Positions 1 to 10,092 of a stretch of DNA of 64,000 nucleotides are shown in pieces. Source of the stretch: Spirochaetales bacterium Spiro_04 (lineage in GTDB: Bacteria; Spirochaetota; Spirochaetia; Sphaerochaetales; Sphaerochaetaceae); contig LVBF01000013.1 in NCBI GenBank assembly GCA_001604325.1, positions 8,323 to 72,322 of the forward strand, given 5' to 3'. Made by a program: the position numbers and the translations under genes. The notes beneath the pieces were generated by a model. The model was given only the letters and a program-made list of their open reading frames with translations, was not told where the DNA came from and did not search any database. Every line of letters begins with the position of its first letter. Position 1 is the stretch's first letter.

Positions 1-342
1 GAGGGCGAGGTTGCGCCTCTGAGATGCCTCACGCTCATCGGCCTTGGTCATGTGCATCAGGTGAATCGAGCCGCTGAACGCCTTGGGGCTGAAGCAGGCA
101 CGGTTGTCGGCCTTTGGGATTGGATAGTTGAACGGCGAACCGTCGAGGTAGAGCAGGGCTGTGCCGATGGCCTCGTCGAGGCATACCCAATAGAGGCCTC
201 CCGTTCCGTTGGTATCGACGGCGATGCGGTCGCCGTCACGGTAGGCTTGGGTGTGGACCGCCGCGATGCCGCCTCCCGATGATCTGCTGATGGTCAGCGT
301 CTGTTCCTTCTCGTTGATGACTTTCATTCTCAATGATTCCAT
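1..342 (-). CDS. Partial CDS (runs off left edge): hypothetical protein, possibly carbohydrate-binding, of the GAG locus
   Basis: Not in the ORF track. ATG at 342 preceded by AGAAGGAG; the open frame reads MESLRMKVINEKEQTLTISR...FSPKAFSGSIHLMH...RRNLAL to the window edge; begins 15 nt after the lyase stop codon. Confidence 0.7.
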   Translation of the reverse strand, partial: MESLRMKVINEKEQTLTISRSSGGGIAAVHTQAYRDGDRIAVDTNGTGGLYWVCLDEAIGTALLYLDGSPFNYPIPKADNRACFSPKAFSGSIHLMHMTKADEREASQRRNLAL

Positions 343-357
343 GTTCTATCTCCTTCT

Positions 358-2148
358 TCAGTCATTCGTTCTCCGGACCGTCCACACCACTTCGCCCTCG
401 AAGGCGACGGTGGTGCGGTAGAGGGTGTCGGGCCACGCCTGGCGGAGGCGCTCATCGTCGATGGCGATCGCCTCGATGGTCGCTTCGACCGGTCGGTCGA
501 AGAGAATCTTCCAACCCTCGAAGATGAGGGCGCTGGCCTCCCGTCTCGGGTGGTCGACGGTCATCAAGGTGAGGAGCGGGGCGTGGCGGGCCTCGGTGCG
601 CTCGCTCACCACGATCTGTGTATCGTCGATGGCGACGCTCCGTCGATAGCGTGCAACACCTGCTTCTTTTGCATATGCCTCGTTCAGCTCGAGGTCGATG
701 GAGGAGTCGGAGACTGAAATGACGTGTGCCTTGTATGCCGCTCCGGCCTCCTGCCCATACGGGGGGAAGTTGGCGACGTTGTGATAGTGGCTCTGCATCG
801 GATGGAGCGTGTAGCGCTCATCGTTGAACGTTGTCTTGGTATAGGTCTCCACCCCCATATCGATGAGCCGGGGTTTCGCTCCATCGTAGAGGATGATCGA
901 TCCGACGTCGTTGTGGTTGTGGCTGTCGTCGTTGTCCCCGGCTTTGACGGCGAGGGTGTAGCCGCCTTTTCGGTAGATGGCCAGCCCCACACTCGGATAC
1001 CAGATGAACGGCGTGGGCGGGGATGGGGGTGGCAGCTTCTCGTCGAGCAAGCGTTGCCCGTGCATGAGGCGGAGGAGACGATAAAAGAGGTTGTACTCAC
1101 CATTTCCGCTATCGAAGGGGTGGGCCTTGAAGTCCTCCAGCGCCCGACGCATCAGAGATGGGTCGTCCAACGCTTTTCCGAAGAGGTACTCCCGGGCTCC
1201 GAGGATCCCGGCTCTGGGGGAGCAGTCGGCGAAGTTGAGGTAGAGCTCGTCGACGATATGGACATTGGTGATGTACGAGGCGATGTTGTGGATCTTGTTT
1301 TCTTTGAAAAGCGATGCGACATCTTCCCCAATCGCAGCCTCGAGGAGGTGGAGCGATCCCCAGAGGCAGAGACCGGCGGCGCGCCAGTAGGATGCCCCTT
1401 CGTCGCAGCAGCCGTCCTCACCGTAGTGGTCAAGCCAATGATCGAGTGATGACGCGGCCTTGGTGATGAGGCGCGTCCGCTCCTCCGTCTCAAGGCCCAT
1501 GGTCAAGGCGGTGAGCAAGACGTTCTGGGTGCACCAGGGAGTCCAGTTGTTGAGCAGGTCGTCGGTGCCGCCCATCCACCACGAGTGGTCGTTGAGGTAC
1601 GGGGCCACCAGCCGTTCGTGCAGTTGATGGTGGATGCTCTCGATGATCTGGCTCCCGGCCCAGGCAGCCAGTTCTTCCTCGAGGAGCAGGGCAGAGAGGG
1701 AGAGGAGGGCGGCGGTATCGCAGGAGAAGAGATCGAGGACGGGGCGGCCAGTGAGGGGGAAGGCATGGGCGGGGATATCGCGTCCATACTTGTTGTGGGC
1801 CGGGATCACCCAGGTCGGCTCGCCGATGATCGTCCAGATTCCTTCGACGATCTGGGCCATAAAGCGTCCGCGGTGTTCGACGCACTCGGCGAGGACCAAG
1901 GAGCCGAGCATCCGCCGTCTCTCGAAATATGGGGTCTCGTAGTTGGTGCGGTTCCCGTTCTCCACGAACTGCCGGTAGAGGGAGAAGGGCAGGGAGGGCC
2001 ATGGCAACGCAAGAGCACGCTCTCCGTTCTCAATGGCGTTTGCCCTGAACGCAGGAGAGATTGCCTGCCACGTGCTTCTGTGAGAAGCCTTCATTTCAAC
2101 GAAAATACGGGTCTTGCTGTCCCGGTGCGCAACAACTGATGATACCAC
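358..2148 (-). CDS. Heparinase II/III-family polysaccharide lyase
   Basis: 596 aa; NNWTPW, CDEGASYW, NFAD and SHNHNDVGS motifs; GTG start with GGAGG RBS; no signal peptide; divergent from GH88. Confidence 0.85.
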   Translation of the reverse strand: MVSSVVAHRDSKTRIFVEMKASHRSTWQAISPAFRANAIENGERALALPWPSLPFSLYRQFVENGNRTNYETPYFERRRMLGSLVLAECVEHRGRFMAQIVEGIWTIIGEPTWVIPAHNKYGRDIPAHAFPLTGRPVLDLFSCDTAALLSLSALLLEEELAAWAGSQIIESIHHQLHERLVAPYLNDHSWWMGGTDDLLNNWTPWCTQNVLLTALTMGLETEERTRLITKAASSLDHWLDHYGEDGCCDEGASYWRAAGLCLWGSLHLLEAAIGEDVASLFKENKIHNIASYITNVHIVDELYLNFADCSPRAGILGAREYLFGKALDDPSLMRRALEDFKAHPFDSGNGEYNLFYRLLRLMHGQRLLDEKLPPPSPPTPFIWYPSVGLAIYRKGGYTLAVKAGDNDDSHNHNDVGSIILYDGAKPRLIDMGVETYTKTTFNDERYTLHPMQSHYHNVANFPPYGQEAGAAYKAHVISVSDSSIDLELNEAYAKEAGVARYRRSVAIDDTQIVVSERTEARHAPLLTLMTVDHPRREASALIFEGWKILFDRPVEATIEAIAIDDERLRQAWPDTLYRTTVAFEGEVVWTVRRTND

Positions 2149-2246
2149 GTCCCGCCTCCTTGAGTTTCAGCAATAATTCTTGACGATGTCGGTATAAAAT
2201 GCAAGTATTTTGATATCTTGGAGATGATGTGAGGGGGAGGTGGAAG

Positions 2247-3422
2247 ATGACGTTGTTGGAAAGGCATGCAGAGCTGAGTGAGACAGAACGAAAGACAGCG
2301 TTGGATGACAGCTGTGCCATCATCCGGAACAATGTGGAGACCTTCACCTATCGCTGTCAGAACCACAGTAGCGTCAACAACTATTACCCTGAGCGTGACA
2401 ATGACGAGTGGACCACGGGCTTCTGGCCCGGAGAGCTCTGGCTCGCCTATGAGCATACAGGCGACGAGCTGTTCAGCCATGTCGCCCAGATTCATGTCGA
2501 ATCCTTCTATCACCGGATCGTCAACAAGATTGCCGTCGACCACCACGATATGGGATTCCTCTATACCCCATCCTGTACCGCGGCGTGGAAGTTGGTGGGC
2601 AGCGACCGGGGGCGCGAGGCGGCGTTGCTGGCAGCCGATCAGCTCTGCACGCGCTATCAGGGGGTAGGCCGATTCATCCAGGCGTGGGGAGTGATGGGGG
2701 AACGGGAGAACTATCGCTACATCATCGACTGTTTGCTCAATCTGCCCCTGCTCTACTGGGCAAGCGAGGAGACGGGAGACAACCGATATCGAGAGATTGC
2801 GCTCGCCCACACGGAGACGACGCTGAAGTACAGCTTTCGGGACGATTACTCCTGCCACCATACCTTCTTCTTGGATCCGGTCACCGGGGAGGGGGTGCGG
2901 GGGGAGACCAACCAGGGCCATGATTCGAAGAGTAGCTGGGCCCGGGGACAGGCGTGGGCGATCTACGGCCTGGTGCTCGGCTACCAGAAGACCGGGAACC
3001 GCTCCCTGCTCGACCTCTTTGAGCCGGTGAGCGAGTACTTCCTCTCCCGCCTTCCCGCCGACTTGGTCCCGTATTGGGACTTGATCTTCACCGAGGGCGA
3101 TGAGCCGCGCGACAGCTCGTCGTCTTCGATCGTCGCCTGCGGGTTCCTCGCCGCGGCGGAGAGTTTTGATGAACTGGGAGAAGCAGAGAAAGCGGGAATG
3201 TATCGCTCTCTGGCCAAGAAGCTCTTGAAGGCACTCTACGACCACTGCCGCGTCTTGCCCGGTGATGACTCCAATGGCCTCGTCTACCACGGCACCTACT
3301 CCAAGAAGAGCCCGTACAATACCTGTACCCCCGAAGGGGTCGATGAGTGCGTCAGCTGGGGCGATTACTACTGGATGGAGGCGCTCACCCGCCTTGGGGG
3401 TGGGTGGGAGCCGTACTGGTAG
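2247..3422 (+). CDS. ugl: Unsaturated glucuronyl hydrolase (GH88)
   Basis: WTTGFWPG, HHDMGFLY, IIDCLLNL, SWARGQAW, RDSSS and WGDYY motifs; ATG 2247 after GGAGGTGG. Confidence 0.93.
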   Translation: MTLLERHAELSETERKTALDDSCAIIRNNVETFTYRCQNHSSVNNYYPERDNDEWTTGFWPGELWLAYEHTGDELFSHVAQIHVESFYHRIVNKIAVDHHDMGFLYTPSCTAAWKLVGSDRGREAALLAADQLCTRYQGVGRFIQAWGVMGERENYRYIIDCLLNLPLLYWASEETGDNRYREIALAHTETTLKYSFRDDYSCHHTFFLDPVTGEGVRGETNQGHDSKSSWARGQAWAIYGLVLGYQKTGNRSLLDLFEPVSEYFLSRLPADLVPYWDLIFTEGDEPRDSSSSSIVACGFLAAAESFDELGEAEKAGMYRSLAKKLLKALYDHCRVLPGDDSNGLVYHGTYSKKSPYNTCTPEGVDECVSWGDYYWMEALTRLGGGWEPYW

Positions 3423-3430
3423 GACGCTCA

Positions 3431-5020
3431 TCACGTATGCCGACGCTGCAGGTGCTGCAGATACTGGCTTGGCGAGATACCCTCCACCTTCTTGAAGACC
3501 TTGCTGAAGTAAAAGGAATTCTCAAAGCCAAGCCGGTCGGCCACCTCATAGATCTTCAGATCTCCTTGGGCGAGCAGCTCCTTGGCGGCGGCCACCTTCA
3601 TCTCGGTGATGTATTCGACGAAGCTTGAGCCACTGTAGCGGCTGAACATGCTGCTCAGGTAGTTCTGGCTGAAGCCGAAGAGGAGCGCCACCTCTTTGAG
3701 GTTGAGCTTGTGGTCGAGGTTCTCCTTGATGTACTGCTGGATGTTGGCTACGATCTTTGCTCGATAGTCTTGGGTGCGGCTCTGCAGTTGCTCCTCAAGG
3801 CTTGAGCCGAGACGACGCAGATAGGCGGAGCACTGTTCGGTGGACATCGAGGTGTAGATCTGTCGGTAGCCCCCCTCCTCCTCTGGAAATGCCGCGCTGA
3901 TGATGGCTTGTCCATCGGGCAACAAGGTGAGTGCGAGGTAGAGGATGTTGCTGGCCACCTCGATGGCGTGCAGGACGCCGATGCTCTGCGCTTCAAGCTG
4001 GAATGCGATGTCCTCGATGACGTGGGCGAGTTCTTTGCCGTCCAACTCCTCGAATGCCCTGGTGAGCCGCCCCTTGAACGGCTCGAGGGTGAAGGTTTGA
4101 CAGTATGATTGTTGCCGCTCGGCGATGAGGATCCGCTCCTCTGTGCTCTGCGATGCCAGCAGCTGGCGGGCACTGAGGAATGATTCGCTTATTCGGAATG
4201 GGTCGTCGACCGGAATGCCGGCAGAGCAGCGCAGATCGACCGAGAAGTAGTTGTAGATGACCTCGATCGTCCGGCTCATCACGGTACGGATGATCGAGCC
4301 ATAGTGCGATGCCTGCTGATCGCTGAGGCAGAGGGTGACGGCGAGGTGGTGCAGGTCGAGGCTGGTGACGTAGCTGGTCAGATAGCGGGAGAGGGTCTCC
4401 TTGAGCATCTCGAGCGTGCCGGTATAGAGGCTTACGTCGGTCTGCTCACTCTTGGGGGTGATCTGGAGATAGCAGACAGCGTACCAGCTTTCATCAAAGG
4501 CGATGCTGAGCTCCTGGCTCTGCATCTCGAACGCCTGGCGGGAGTCGATGAGGCCGTTGAAGTGGCGGACGAAGAACTTGTCTCGAAAGCCCATCATCGT
4601 AGAACGTTCCTGTGGTTCGTGGAGTCGTCCGTGTCGCTCTTCGAGCAGGGCGATGGCTTTCAATACCGACTCCTTGAGGGTCTGTTCGGTCAACTCCAAC
4701 TTGACCAGGTAGTCGACCGCCTGATGCGAGAGCGCCTCCTTCACGTAGCTGAACTCCTCATAGCTGGTCAGGAGGATGAAGAGGGGGCAGCGCCCCGGGG
4801 CGAGGGTGCTCTCCTTGAGTACCTCCAGCCCGCTCTTGATCGGCATCTTGATGTCGGTGATGACCAAGTCGGGGTGTTCGCGGGCGATCGCCTCCTCCAG
4901 CTCTCCGCCGTTGTGGGCGGTGGCCACGATCTCGATGCCGAGCTCGGCCCAGGAGAGCATCGACTGCAAACCGACGAGGACCAATGGCTCGTCATCGGCG
5001 ATGATCAGCTTGATGGCCAT
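3431..5020 (-). CDS. Two-component response regulator, receiver + AraC HTH (YesN-like)
   Basis: LIIADDE, ITDIKMP and YLVK receiver motifs; C-terminal KIYEVADRLGFENSFYFSKVFKK; start chosen at MAIKLII with GAAGGAGG RBS. Confidence 0.92.
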   Translation of the reverse strand: MAIKLIIADDEPLVLVGLQSMLSWAELGIEIVATAHNGGELEEAIAREHPDLVITDIKMPIKSGLEVLKESTLAPGRCPLFILLTSYEEFSYVKEALSHQAVDYLVKLELTEQTLKESVLKAIALLEERHGRLHEPQERSTMMGFRDKFFVRHFNGLIDSRQAFEMQSQELSIAFDESWYAVCYLQITPKSEQTDVSLYTGTLEMLKETLSRYLTSYVTSLDLHHLAVTLCLSDQQASHYGSIIRTVMSRTIEVIYNYFSVDLRCSAGIPVDDPFRISESFLSARQLLASQSTEERILIAERQQSYCQTFTLEPFKGRLTRAFEELDGKELAHVIEDIAFQLEAQSIGVLHAIEVASNILYLALTLLPDGQAIISAAFPEEEGGYRQIYTSMSTEQCSAYLRRLGSSLEEQLQSRTQDYRAKIVANIQQYIKENLDHKLNLKEVALLFGFSQNYLSSMFSRYSGSSFVEYITEMKVAAAKELLAQGDLKIYEVADRLGFENSFYFSKVFKKVEGISPSQYLQHLQRRHT

Positions 5021-6774
5021 GGCGTGCCCTCCTTCGTCCGTTTCGGAATTCGGATGATGACCCTCGTGTAGCTGCCGACCTTGCTTTCGATGTCGAGGCC
5101 CCATGGAGGGCCGAACGCGTATTCGATCCGCTTGGCGACGTTGTGGATGCCGATCTCCCGGAACATCCCACCGGTGGAGGAGGTCGCCAACAAGGCTTGC
5201 AACGTGTGTTCCTCGATGCCTACCCCATCATCCTCGACGATGATGGTGATGGTGTCCTCCCCCTCCTCGATGAGGGAGAGCGTGACCGCTCCCGTGCTGC
5301 CTTTCGGTTCAAGGCCGTGGAAGATGGCGTTCTCCACCAACGGTTGGAGGGTGAAGCGAGGAATCCCGATGCTCCCATACCGCCCATCGATGGTGTTCAC
5401 CATCTGCAGGGTCCCGCCGTAGCGATACTTCTGGATGGTGAAGTAGTCGTTGAGCAGGTCGAGCTCCTCGGCCAGGCTGATGACCGGATCCTCCGCCTTG
5501 CTCACGTTCTTCAACAGGCGTGAGAGGCTGGTCGTCATCTCGGCGATGCCGGTGGCGTGTTGCAGGGTGGCCATCCACTTGATGGAGTTGAGGGTATTGT
5601 AGAGGAAGTGGGGGTTGATCTGGCTCTGCAGCATGCGATACTCCAGCTCCTGCTTGTTCTTCTCATCGGCCACCCGTCGCTCCAAGAGGGAGTCGATCTG
5701 ACGGGCAAGGTCGTTGATGCCGCGTCCGATGTCGCCCAGCTCATCGCCCCATTCGATGGAGGCGTCGTGGGAGAAGTCGCTCTCTGCGATGGCCTTCAGC
5801 CGCTCCTGCAGCTTGGAGATGGGACGGTTGAAGAGGCGGTTGAGCACCAACGTCAGTCCAAGGCCGAAGAAGAGCACCAGGACGGTGATGACCACCAACA
5901 GGGCGACGTAGGTGCTGTTCTGGAACTGGATCTTGCCTAGGGAGAGGGTCTGGGAGAGCGAGATATCCTGAAAGCCGGTGGGACAGGTCACCAGGAGATG
6001 GGTGTTTCCATTCATGCGCACTGAGGCGACCGTGGTGGCATCCCCGGAGGTCGCGTAGCTTCGGTCGATTGACCTCGGCAGGTCGACCAAGGTAAAGAGT
6101 CCATCCTTGATCTCATAGAAATCCTGTCCGATGGTCAGATAGAGCGAGGTCCCCTCCGGCAGCGTGTAGTCCTTGATGAGATCGAGGATCAAGGCAGAGG
6201 AGACGGCGAGGTAGAGCTGGCCGGTGACTTCCGTAGAAGAGGAGCGGGTGATGACCCGCCTGATGGGCAATACCTGGCCATCAGTGAAGAGGAATGGATC
6301 GCTTGTGATGGTGCTCCAGGTGGTATCCTCGACAAAGGTGGTGGGGAGCACTGAGGTGACGTTCAGGACTGTCACCGGCTTGCTGGCAGCCATCTGCTGG
6401 CCGGTATGGATGAGCTTGGTGTGTTGCAGGTCGGTGATGATGATCCGATTGACGTACTGCTGGGCCAGGTTGTTCATCACCTCCTCCTTGACGCGCTCGT
6501 AGGTGGCCAAGGCCACCTCCACACCGTCGCTTTCAAGGTAGGTGGTGATCTGGGAGTTGGTCGTGACCCACCTCACCAGCGAGTCAAGGGCGATCATGCT
6601 CTGTCGGGCTTTGGCGCCGATGAACTGGAGGTTGAACTCAGTCGAGGTGATCTGGCTCTGGAGGGCAAAGGAGCGGAACATGAAGAAACTGAAGCTGGCC
6701 ACAAGGATGGCGAGCAACAGGGTGAAGGAAACGGTGAGCAGCGTGATTTTGCTCTTGAGTGTCTTAAATCTCAT
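5005..6774 (-). CDS. Sensor histidine kinase (YesM-like)
   Basis: Two TM segments, HAMP (DELGDIG), QINPHFLYNTL, LQPLVENAIFHG, EDDGVG. Confidence 0.93.
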   Translation of the reverse strand: MRFKTLKSKITLLTVSFTLLLAILVASFSFFMFRSFALQSQITSTEFNLQFIGAKARQSMIALDSLVRWVTTNSQITTYLESDGVEVALATYERVKEEVMNNLAQQYVNRIIITDLQHTKLIHTGQQMAASKPVTVLNVTSVLPTTFVEDTTWSTITSDPFLFTDGQVLPIRRVITRSSSTEVTGQLYLAVSSALILDLIKDYTLPEGTSLYLTIGQDFYEIKDGLFTLVDLPRSIDRSYATSGDATTVASVRMNGNTHLLVTCPTGFQDISLSQTLSLGKIQFQNSTYVALLVVITVLVLFFGLGLTLVLNRLFNRPISKLQERLKAIAESDFSHDASIEWGDELGDIGRGINDLARQIDSLLERRVADEKNKQELEYRMLQSQINPHFLYNTLNSIKWMATLQHATGIAEMTTSLSRLLKNVSKAEDPVISLAEELDLLNDYFTIQKYRYGGTLQMVNTIDGRYGSIGIPRFTLQPLVENAIFHGLEPKGSTGAVTLSLIEEGEDTITIIVEDDGVGIEEHTLQALLATSSTGGMFREIGIHNVAKRIEYAFGPPWGLDIESKVGSYTRVIIRIPKRTKEGTPWPSS

Positions 6775-7016
6775 GGTAATCCTTCTTCCAGTATGGGCCT
6801 ACCTTCGGCTCCTGTGCAACTCAAATGGAGGGGAAGGAGCATAAATGCGGAAAAAAGTATATGGTGTGGGAAAAAAGTGCAGGTCGTGTCGCGATAGGTG
6901 AGAAAGTGAAAGGGTTTGGGGAATATTTTACATGGCGGGCCGCTGGATGTGCACTCATGATGATACACAGGAAGACCCCATGGGTCGCCAATGCTATGGA
7001 CCAGAAGGAGGTTCAC

Positions 7017-8300
7017 ATGAAAAAGATAGCAGTATTTGTGTTGGTATCGCTCTTGCTGTGCACCGGACTCTTCGCCCAAGGGACGAAGGAGGACGCTACC
7101 GCAGCCGGTGGCAAGACGACGATCAAGTGGGCGGTATGGGACATCGCCGCGACCACGTACTATCAGCCGTTGATCGACGCCTACGAAGCGAGGAACCCGA
7201 ACGTCAAGATTGAGATGCTCGATCTCGGCTCGGCGGACTTCATGACGATGTTGCAGACCCAGCTCTCCGGCGGGGACTCGACGATCGACGTGGTGGCTAT
7301 CAAGGATATTCCCGGGTACAACAACCTGGTGAAGCGCAATCTCTTGATGAGCCTCAACGACAAGGTTAAGAGTGAGGGGATCGACCTCTCCCTCTACGGC
7401 GGCGTTCCTGAAGCGCTCACCGTGAATGAAAACCTCTACGGACTTCCGTTCAGGAATGACTTCTGGGTGGTCTTCTACAACAAGGACCTCTTCGACCGGG
7501 CCGGTGTCTCCTATCCGACCAACGACATGACCTTCGACGAGTACGATGCCCTGGCCCGCAAGATGACCAGTGGATCGGGAGCGAACAAGGTCTACGGGGC
7601 GCACTACCACATCTGGCGGTCGGCAGTCCAGCTCTTCGGTATCCTCGATGGCAAGCACACCATCGTAGACGGCGAATATGGCTTCCTCAAGCCGTACTAC
7701 GAGCGGGTATTGGCCCAACAGCGTGACGGTATCGTACAGGACTATGCGACACTGAAGACCTCCTCGACGCACTACAGCGGCGTGTTCTACAACAACAGCG
7801 TCGCGATGATGAACATGGGGTCATGGTTCATCCCCACCGTGATCAAGGAGATCGCCGCCGGCAAGACCGAGGTCAAGAACTGGGGCATCGTCAAGTACCC
7901 CCACGCCCCCGGCGTGGCCCCCGGCACGACACTTGGTACGATCACATCCCTCGGGGTGAGCAACGCCTCCAAGAAGAAGGATGCCGCCTTCGACTTCGTC
8001 AAGTTCGTCTGCGGATCCGAAGGGGCCCAGATCGTGGCGGCGACCGGCACCAGCCCTGCGTTGGTCAACGACCAGGTCGCGAATGTCATCGCTTCGCTCC
8101 CCGGCTTCCCGACCGATCCTGCCAGCAAGGAAGCGCTGCATACCGCGAAGAGCTACATCGAGATGCCGCTGCATGAGAAGGCAGGCGAGATCGAGATCGT
8201 GCTCAACCAGGTGCATGACGAGATCATGACCAACAACATCAGCGTCGATGCAGGCATCGCGAAGATGAACGATCAGATCAAGAAGATCCTGGCTCAGTAA
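7017..8300 (+). CDS. Carbohydrate ABC transporter substrate-binding protein
   Basis: Signal peptide MKKIAVFVL...LFAQG, YGLP, FYNKDLFD, AFDFVKF; AAGGAGG RBS before ATG 7017. Confidence 0.92.
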   Translation: MKKIAVFVLVSLLLCTGLFAQGTKEDATAAGGKTTIKWAVWDIAATTYYQPLIDAYEARNPNVKIEMLDLGSADFMTMLQTQLSGGDSTIDVVAIKDIPGYNNLVKRNLLMSLNDKVKSEGIDLSLYGGVPEALTVNENLYGLPFRNDFWVVFYNKDLFDRAGVSYPTNDMTFDEYDALARKMTSGSGANKVYGAHYHIWRSAVQLFGILDGKHTIVDGEYGFLKPYYERVLAQQRDGIVQDYATLKTSSTHYSGVFYNNSVAMMNMGSWFIPTVIKEIAAGKTEVKNWGIVKYPHAPGVAPGTTLGTITSLGVSNASKKKDAAFDFVKFVCGSEGAQIVAATGTSPALVNDQVANVIASLPGFPTDPASKEALHTAKSYIEMPLHEKAGEIEIVLNQVHDEIMTNNISVDAGIAKMNDQIKKILAQ

Positions 8301-8315
8301 CCATTGGTTTGACTG

Positions 8316-8345
8316 ACGGTGCAGAGGAGATCTCCTCTGCACCGT
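8316..8345. repeat. Perfect 30-bp palindrome between SBP and permease genes (probable mRNA-stabilising hairpin)
   Basis: ACGGTGCAGAGGAGA-TCTCCTCTGCACCGT; no U-tract follows. Confidence 0.8.
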
Positions 8346-8366
8346 GATTGTATCAAGGGAGGTCAT

Positions 8367-9245
8367 ATGGCGTCGAACAAGACCGCGTTGAAAGAGCAGC
8401 TGGTCGCCTACAGCTTCATTGCGCCGAACTTCATCGGCTTCGCTGTCTTCACACTCGTCCCGATCATCTTCGCCTTCGTGTTGGCCTTCCTCCACTGGGA
8501 TGGAGCGAATCCCATCAGATGGGCGGGCCTCTCCAACTTCATCGCACTCTTCGATGACGACCAGTTCAAGGCTGCGTTGAAGAACACGATCGTCTATACG
8601 GGGGGAACCGTCCCGCTGACGCTGGTCGGCAGCCTCCTGCTCGCCGTCATCCTCAACAAGAAGATCCGCGGACGCAACTTCTTTAGGACGGTGAGCTTTT
8701 TCCCGTATGTCGCCTCCCTCGTCGCGGTGGCCGCGGTATGGAACATGATGTTCAACCCGACCAAGGGGCCGGTGAACATGATGCTGCACAGCTTGGGCTT
8801 CAAGAATGTGCCCGGCTGGGCCGCCGACCGCCACTGGGCGATGCCGACCGTCATCTTCTTCAGCGTATGGAAGTACGTCGGCTACTATATGATCATCTAC
8901 CTCGCCGGCCTGCAGAGCATCAGCGCCGAGCTGTATGAGGCGGCCGACCTCGACGGGGCGAATGGCTGGCAAAAGTTCATCTCCATCACCATCCCCCAGC
9001 TCAGCGCCACCACGTTTTTTGTGCTCGTGATGTTGACCATCCAGTGTTTCAAGGTCTACGACATCGTCTACATGATCACCCAAGGGGGACCGGGCACCGC
9101 CACGTTGGTGCTCGTCTACGATATCTACAACAAGGCGTTCATCAGCTGGCGGCTCGGTTCGGCGAGCGCGGTGGCCATGGTGCTCTTCCTCTTGGTCATG
9201 ACCGTCACCTTGATTCAATTCAAGGGCGAACAGCGGCTACGGTAG
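8367..9245 (+). CDS. Carbohydrate ABC transporter permease
   Basis: Hydrophobic; EAA loop LYEAADLDGA; TQGGPG; GGGAGG RBS. Confidence 0.93.
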   Translation: MASNKTALKEQLVAYSFIAPNFIGFAVFTLVPIIFAFVLAFLHWDGANPIRWAGLSNFIALFDDDQFKAALKNTIVYTGGTVPLTLVGSLLLAVILNKKIRGRNFFRTVSFFPYVASLVAVAAVWNMMFNPTKGPVNMMLHSLGFKNVPGWAADRHWAMPTVIFFSVWKYVGYYMIIYLAGLQSISAELYEAADLDGANGWQKFISITIPQLSATTFFVLVMLTIQCFKVYDIVYMITQGGPGTATLVLVYDIYNKAFISWRLGSASAVAMVLFLLVMTVTLIQFKGEQRLR

Positions 9246-9255
9246 GGGGCAGACG

Positions 9256-10089
9256 ATGGTACAGTCACATACACAGAAATTGAAGAAAGGTATCCTCTAC
9301 TTCCTGCTCTGCCTCTCAGCCTTGATCATGCTGATGCCGTTCGTCTGGATGATCAGTGCATCCTTGAAGCTCGACAAGGATGTCTTTGGGTACCCGATCG
9401 TGTGGATTCCGTCCAACCCACGGTGGCAGAACTACCGGGACATCTGGACGACGATTCCCCTGGGCCGCTTCATCGCCAACACCACCAAGCTCACCATCAT
9501 CGTCACCTTCTTGCAGCTGCTCACCTCATCGTTTGCAGCCTATGCCTTCGCCAAGCTCGAATTCAAAGGGCGCAACGCCCTCTTCCTCGGCTATGTGGCG
9601 ACCATCGCGATGCCGTGGCAGGTCTACATGGTCCCCCAATTCATGATGATGCGCTCCTTCGGGCTCAACAACACCCACCTTGCCATCATCTGTCTGCAGG
9701 CGTTCAGCGCCTTCGGGGTCTTCTTGATGCGCCAATTCTATATGGGGGTCCCCGATGAGCTGTGCGAGGCGGCTCGCATCGACGGGATGAACGAGTATAA
9801 GATCTGGGCGCTCATCATGCTGCCGCTCTCCAAGCCGGCGCTCTCGACCTTGACGATCTTCACCTTCGTCAATACGTGGAACGACTTCCTCGGCCCGCTC
9901 TTGTACCTGACCAAGATGGAGTTGAAGACGGTCCAGATCGGCCTGAGAATGTTCATCAGCCAGTATTCGAGTGAGTACGGCTTGATCATGGCGGCAAGCG
10001 TGGTGGCCCTTGTTCCGGTGCTCATCGTCTTCTTGGCACTGCAGAAGTTCTTTGTCCAAGGGGTGGCCACCTCTGGCTTGAAGGGGTAG
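9256..10089 (+). CDS. Carbohydrate ABC transporter permease
   Basis: EAARIDG, WNDFLGPL, C-terminal GLKG. Confidence 0.93.
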   Translation: MVQSHTQKLKKGILYFLLCLSALIMLMPFVWMISASLKLDKDVFGYPIVWIPSNPRWQNYRDIWTTIPLGRFIANTTKLTIIVTFLQLLTSSFAAYAFAKLEFKGRNALFLGYVATIAMPWQVYMVPQFMMMRSFGLNNTHLAIICLQAFSAFGVFLMRQFYMGVPDELCEAARIDGMNEYKIWALIMLPLSKPALSTLTIFTFVNTWNDFLGPLLYLTKMELKTVQIGLRMFISQYSSEYGLIMAASVVALVPVLIVFLALQKFFVQGVATSGLKG

Positions 10090-10092
10090 GAA

